From the human T2T-CHM13v2.0 reference genome, Homo sapiens, in NCBI RefSeq assembly GCF_009914755.1, contig NC_060948.1: a DNA stretch of 64,000 bases; one strand, written 5' to 3'. Below the pieces are notes generated by a model that did no database searches, had not been told where the DNA came from, and was given only the letters and a program-made list of their open reading frames with translations. Position numbers and translations under genes: made by a program. Shown one piece after another: positions 57,501-64,000 of the stretch (position 1 is the first letter of the stretch; every line of letters starts with the position of its first letter).

Positions 57501-58068
57501 ATGGAATATACTGGAATGTAATGTAATGAACTCGAATGTAATTGACTGGAATGGAATGTACATGAATGGAATGTAATCGAATGGAAAGTAATCCAATGGA
57601 ATAGAATCTAATGCAATAAAATCGACTCAGATAGAGTAGCATGTAATGGAATGGAGTGCAGTGCAATGGAATGGAATGGAATGGAATGCAATGGAATGGA
57701 ATGGAATGGAATGGAATGGAATGGAATGGAATGGAATGGAATGGGATGGAATGGTATGGAATGGATAGTAATGGACTGGAGTGAAATGGACTGGAAAGGA
57801 ATGGACTCAAATTGAAAGGGCTCGAAAGGAATGGAGTCAAATGGAATGGTCTGGAATGGAATGAACACGAATGTAATGCAATCCAATAGAATGGAATCGA
57901 ATGGCATGGAATATAAAGAAATGGAATCGGAGAGAATGGAAACAAATGGAATGGAATTGAATGGAATGGAATTGAATGGAATGGGAACGAATGGAGTGAA
58001 ATTTTATGCAGTAGAAGGGAATAGAATGGAATGCAAGCAAAAGGAAAGGAATGGATTGGAATGGAATG
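54510..58068 (+). repeat. DYZ1 monomer 17 (3559 bp)
   Basis: GAATTC at 54510 and 58069. Confidence 0.9.
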
Positions 58069-61000
58069 GAATTCATTGGAATGGAAGGGAATGTAGTGTA
58101 ATGGACAGGCCTGGAATAAAGTGGAATGCTACGGTCTCGAATGGAATAAAAATGTATGGAATGGAATGCAATGAAACGGAATCGAATGTCATAGAATGTA
58201 ATGGAATGCAACAAAATGGAATCCAATATCATTGACTGGAAAGGCTGGGTGTCGAAAGGAATTGACTCCAATGGAATGGAATCGAATGGAATGGAAGTGA
58301 ATAGAATCGAACTAAATCGAATGGAATGGAATTGATAGGAACGGAATGGAAAGGAATGCAATGATTTGGCATGGAATGGAATCGAATGGCATCGAATGGA
58401 ATGGAATGGAATGCAATGGAATGGAATGTATTAGAATGGAATGAACTTTAATGGAATGTACTCGAATGGATTCGACTGGAATGGAATGTTCTGGAAGTGA
58501 ATGGACTCCAATGGAATGGATTCCAAAGGAATGGAATCGTACGGAATGGAATCTAATGGAATGGAATTAAATGGAAATGAATCAAATTGAATAGCACGGA
58601 ATTGAATTGAATGGAATGGAATGCAATGGAATCTAATGAAACGGAAAGGAAAGGAATGGAATGGAATGGAATGGGCTGGAATGGAAAGGAATCGAAACGA
58701 ATGGAATGGAATCGAACTGAAGAGACTGGAATGGAATGCACTGGAATGGAAGGGAGTGTAATGGAAGGTTCTCGAAAAAAATGGAATCGAATGGAATGGA
58801 ATTGAATGGAACGGAATAGAGTCGAATGGAATTGAATGGAATGGAATGGACTAGAGTGAAATGGAATCGAACCACAAGGAATGGACAGGAATAGAATGGT
58901 CTCGAATTGAATGGAATCGTATGGAATGGCATCAAACGGAATGGAATGGACAGCCACGGAATGGAATGCACTCGAATGCAATGGAGTCGAAACTAATGGA
59001 CTGGAATAGAATGGACTCGACTGGTACGGACTCCAATGGAATGGATTCGAATGGAAGGGAATCGAACGGAATGGACTCGAAGGGAAAAGACTGCAATGGA
59101 AAGGTCTCGAATGGAATGGAAATTAATGGAATGGAATGGAATCGAATGAAATGGAGTCAAAAGGAATGGAATCGAATGGCAAGAAATCGAATGTAATGGA
59201 ATCGCAAGGAATTGATGTGAACGGAACGGAATGGAATGGAATCCAAAGGAATGGAATAGAATGGAATGGAATCGAATGGAAAGGACTCGAATGGAAATCA
59301 CTCGAATAGAATGCAATTTAATAAAATAGGATCAAATGTAATGGAATGGAATGGAAAGGAATCGAAACGAAAGGAATGGAGACAGATGGAATGGAATGGA
59401 ACAGAGAGCAATGGTATAGAATGGAATGGAATCATCTGGAATGGAATTGAATGGAATGGAATAATATGAAATGGAATGGAATGGAATGGAATGGAATGCC
59501 CTTGAATTAAATGGACTGGAATGGAATGGACTCGAACAGAGTGGAATGGAAAGTGTTGAGATAGAATGGAATGGACTCCTTTGGAATGGTGTAGTATGCA
59601 ATGCAATCGACTGGCAGGGAATCAAAAGGAATGTAATCGAATGGAATGGACTGGAATGCAATGGACTCGAATAGATTGGAAACGGAATGCAAAGGAATGG
59701 AATGGAATAGTATGGAATGGAATGGAAAGGAATGGAGTGGAATAGACTAGAGTGGAATGGAATGGACTGGAAAGCAATGGACTGGAATGGAACTTTCTTG
59801 AATGGACTGGAATCAAACGGAATGGAATGCAATGCAATCAAATGGCATGGAATAAATTAGAATGAAGAAAATGAAATGGAATTGAATCGAATGGAATCGA
59901 ATGGATTGGAAAGGAATAGAATGGAATGGAATGGAATTGACTCAAATGGAATGGACTAGAATGGAATGGATTCGAATGGAAGGCAAAGGAATGGAATCTA
60001 TTGGAATGGACTGTAATGGAATGGAATGGAAGGGATTGGAATGGACTCGAATGGAATGGACTGCAATAGAAAGGATTCGAATGGAATGAAAAAGAATTGA
60101 ATGGAATAGAACAGAATGGAATCAAATCGAATGAAATGGAATGGAATAGAAAGGAATGGAATGAAATGGAATGGAAAGGATTCGAATGGAATGCAATCGA
60201 ATGGAATGGAATCGAACGGAATGGAATAAAATGGAAGAAAACTGGCAAGAAATGGAATCGAAATGAATGGAGTGTTATGGAACGGACTCAAAAGGAATTG
60301 AATGTAATAGAATGGAGTGGAGTGGACTCGAATATAATGGACTGGAATGGAATGAAATCACATGGAATGGGAACGAATGGAATGGAAAGGAATGGAATCG
60401 AATGGAAAGGAATCGAATGGAAGGGAATGAAATTGAATCAACAGGAATGGAAGGGAATAGAATAGACGGTAATGGAATGGACTCGAATAGAATGGACACG
60501 AATGCTCAAATTGAATGGACTCGAATGGAATGGAAACGAAAGGAATGTCATCGAATGGAATTGAATCGATTGGAATGAAATCGCATAGAATGGAGTGGAA
60601 TCAAATGGAATTGAATCGAAAGGAAAGGAAGCGAATGGACTGAAACGAAATGGAATGGAATTGAATGGAAAGTAATGCAATGGAATAGAATGGAACGAAA
60701 TTTCACGGAATGGAATCAAACTGAATGGAATCAAATCAATGGAATCAAATCAAATGGAACGGAAAGGAATTGAATGGAGTAGATTGGATTGGATGGGATT
60801 GGAATGAAATGTACTGGAAAGGACTCGAATTTCATGAAATGGAATGGAATGAATTGGAACGGAATGGACTCGAATGGAATGGAATGTCATGGAATGGCAT
60901 CAAATGGAATGGCATCAAATGGAATGGAATCGAATGCAATGGAATGCTATGGAATGGAATGGAATGCATTGGAATGGAATGTCCTCTAATGGAATGGATT

Positions 61001-61631
61001 CGAGTGGAATGGAATCGAATATAATGGAGTCGAATGAAATGGAATTGAAAGGAATGGGATCGAATAGAATGGAATATACTGGAATGTAATGTAATGAACT
61101 CGAATGTAATTGACTGGAATGGAATGTACATGAATGGAATGTAATCGAATGGAAAGTAATCCAATGGAATAGAATCTAATGCAATAAAACCGACTCAGAT
61201 AGAGTAGAATGTAATGGAATGGAGTGCAGTGCAATGGAAGGGAATGGAATTGAATGCAATAGAATGGAATGGAATGGAATGGAATGGAATGGAATGGAAT
61301 GGAATGGGATGGAATGGTATGGAATGGATAGTAATGGACTGGAGTGAAATGGACTGGAAAGGAATGGACTCAAATTGAAAGGGCTCGAAAGGAATGGAGT
61401 CAAATGGAATGGTCTGGAATGGAATGAACACGAATGTAATGCAATCCAATAGAATGGAATCGAATGGCATGGAATATAAAGAAATGGAATCGAAGAGAAT
61501 GGAAACAAATGGAATGGAAGTGAGTGGAATGGAATTGAATGGAATGGGAACGAATGGAGTGAAATTGTATGCAGTAGAAGAGAATAGAATGGAATGCAAG
61601 CGAAAGGAAAGGAATGGATTGGAATGGAATG
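58069..61631 (+). repeat. DYZ1 monomer 18 (3563 bp)
   Basis: GAATTC at 58069 and 61632. Confidence 0.9.
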
Positions 61632-64000
61632 GAATTCATTGGAATGGAAGGGAATGTAGTGTAATGGACAGGCCTGGAATAAAGTGGAATGCTACGGTCT
61701 CGAATGGAATAAAAATGTATGGAATGGAATGCAATGAAACGGAATCGAATGTCATAGAATGTAATGGAATGCAAAAAAATGGAATCCAAAATCATTGACT
61801 GGAAAGGCTGGGTGTCAAAAGGAATTGACTCCAATGGAATGGAATCGAATGGAATGGAAGTGAATAGAATCGAACTAAATCGAATGGAATGGAATTGATA
61901 GGAACGGAATGGAAAGGAATGCAATGATTTGGCACGGAATGGAATCGAATGGCATCGAATGGAATGGAATGGAATGCAATGGAATGGAACGTATTAGAAT
62001 GTAATGAACTTTAATGGAATGTACTCGAATGGATTCGACTGGAATGGAATGTTGTGGAAGTGAATGGACTCCAATGGAATGGATTCAAAAGGAATGGAAT
62101 CGTACGGAATGGAATCTAATGGAATGGAATTAAATGGAAATGAATCAAATTGAATAGCATGGAATTGAATTGAATGGAATCGAATGCAATGGAATCTAAT
62201 GAAACGGAAAGGAAAGGAATGGAATGGAATGGAATGGGCTGGAATGGAAAGGAATCGAAACGAATGGAATGGAATCGAACTGAAGAGACTGGAATGGAAT
62301 GCACTGGAATGGAAGGGAGTGTAATGGAAGGTTCTCGAAAAAAATGGAATCGAATGGAATGGAATTGAATGCAACGGAATAGAGTCGAATGGAATTGAAT
62401 GGAATGGAATGGACTAGAGTGAAATGGAATCGAACCACAAGGAATGGACAGGAATAGAATGGTCTCGAATTGAATGGAATCGTATGGAATGGCATCAAAC
62501 GGAATGGAATGGACAGCCACGGAATGGAATGCACTCGAATGCAATGGAGTCGAAACTAATGGACTGGAATAGAATGGACTCGACTGGTACGGACTCCAAT
62601 GGAATGGAATCGAATGGAAGGGAATCGAACGGAATGGACTCGAAGGGAAAAGACTGCAATGGAAAGGTCTCGAATGGAATGGAAATAAATGGAATGGAAT
62701 GGAATCGAATGAAATGGAGTCAAAAGGAATGGAATCGAATGGCAAGAAATCGAATGTAATGGAATCGCAAGGAATTGATGTGAACGGAACGGAATGGAAT
62801 GGAATCCAAAGGAATGGAATAGAATGGAATGGAATCGAATGGAAAGGACTCGAATGGAAATCACTCGAATAGAATGCAATTTAATAAAATAGGACCAAAT
62901 GTAATGGAATGGAATGGAAAGGAATCGAAACGAAAGGAATGGAGACAGATGGAATGGAATGGAACAGAGAGCAATGGTATAGAGTGGAATGGAATCATCT
63001 GGAATGGAATTGAATGGAATGGAATAATATGAAATGGAATGGAATGGAATGGAATGGAATGCCCTTGAATTAAATGGACTGGAATGGAATGGACTCGAAC
63101 AGAGTGGAATGGAAAGTGTTGAGATAGAATGGAATGGACTCGTTTGGAATGGTCTAGTAGGCAATGCAATCGACTGGCAGGGAATCAAAAGGAATGTAAT
63201 CGAATGGATTGGATTGGAATGCAATGGACTCGAATAGATTGCAAACGGAATGCAAAGGAATGGAATGGAATAGTATGGAATGGAATGGAAAGGAATGGAG
63301 TGGAATAGACTAGAGTGGAATGGAATGGACTGGAAAGAAATGGACTGGAATGGAACTTTCTTGAATGGACAGGAATCAAACGGAATGGAATGCAATGCAA
63401 TCAAATGGCATGGAATAAAATAGAATGAAAGAGAATCAAATGGAATTGAATCGAATGGAATCGAATGGATTGGAAAGGAATAGAATGGAATGGAATGGAA
63501 TTGACTCAAATGGAATGGACTAGAATGGAATGGATTCGAATGGAAGGCAAAGGAATGGAATCTATTGGAATGGACTGTAATGGAATGGAATGGAAGGGAT
63601 TGGAATGGACTCGAATGGAATGGACTGCAATAGAAAGGATTCGAATGGAATGAAAAAGAATTGAATGGAATAGAACAGAATGGAATCAAATCGAATGAAA
63701 TGGAATGGAATAGAAAGGAATGGAATGAAATGGAATGGAAAGGATTCGAATGGAATGCAATCGAATGGAATGGAATCGAACGGAATGGAATAAAATGGAA
63801 GAAAACTGGCAAGAAATGGAATCGAAATGAATGGAGTGTTATGGAACGGACTCAAAAGGAATTGAATGTAATAGAATGGAGTGGAGTGGACTCGAATATA
63901 ATGGACTGGAATGGAATGAAATCACATGGAATGGGAACGAATGGAATGGAATGGAAAGGAATGGAATCGAATGGAAAGGAATCGAATAGAAGGGAATGAA
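61632..64000 (+). repeat. Partial DYZ1 monomer 19, truncated by window end
   Basis: GAATTC at 61632; not deleted at the site of the 1.5-kb junction (~63575 continues GAAGGGATTGG). Confidence 0.9.

Larger units (their letters stand above)
1..64000 (+). repeat. DYZ1: Human satellite III (HSat3) tandem array, DYZ1-type, probably Yq12 heterochromatin
   Basis: Degenerate GGAAT pentamer throughout, purine-rich on +. ~3.56-kb monomer with one conserved EcoRI and one HaeIII site. Two units are exactly 3564 bp, the classical DYZ1 length. Chromosome assignment rests on these hallmarks, not on a database search. Confidence 0.95.

Noticed and set aside
62556-63812. Longest ORF (418 aa, minus strand)
   Set aside because: It arises from private substitutions removing stop codons (e.g. 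T>C at 62895); same low-complexity repeat, no coding evidence
4-63999. Hundreds of ORFs (MEWNG- and HSIPF-repeat peptides), recurring each monomer
   Set aside because: These are direct translations of GGAAT/ATTCC, which has no stop codon in any frame. They overlap in all frames, are broken freely by indels and show no domain. Database 'hypothetical protein' matches to such peptides are typically satellite contamination.
1-64000. CRISPR-like array or a novel prokaryotic/phage system
   Set aside because: No constant repeat with unique spacers and no associated genes; every apparently unique segment recurs in each monomer
1-64000. DYZ2, Alu/L1 insertion, inversion or telomeric repeat
   Set aside because: No AT-rich or Alu-derived block, poly(A) tail, switch to ATTCC on the + strand, or TTAGGG run seen
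1-64000. HSat2 or chromosome 9-type HSat3 assignment
   Set aside because: Lacks the dominant ATCATCGAATGG-type motif of HSat2; the 3564-bp unit with single EcoRI and HaeIII sites fits DYZ1

Overview
The whole 64 kb window is one uninterrupted, single-orientation array of human classical satellite III (HSat3). It is a degenerate (GGAAT/ATTCC)n pentamer organised into ~3.56-kb monomers, each with one conserved EcoRI site (GAATTC) and one HaeIII/StuI site (AGGCCT) 38 bp downstream. Two monomers are exactly 3564 bp, the classical DYZ1 unit length, so this is very probably DYZ1 from Yq12 heterochromatin. There are 16 full-length monomers (3529-3599 bp), two internally deleted monomers (2066 and 2061 bp) and partial units at both ends. 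I see no genes, RNA genes, transposons, CRISPR array, inversion or DYZ2 block. All ORFs are MEWNG/HSIPF pentapeptide artefacts of the pentamer. I found no new gene system. The interesting signal is array evolution: a ~1.5-kb in-register deletion copied by a 5645-bp tandem duplication (a nascent higher-order repeat), a recent single-unit duplication, mosaic variant sharing, recurrent 15-bp indels, a divergent patch and a clustered complex mutation. All comparisons were made by eye and need confirming by alignment.
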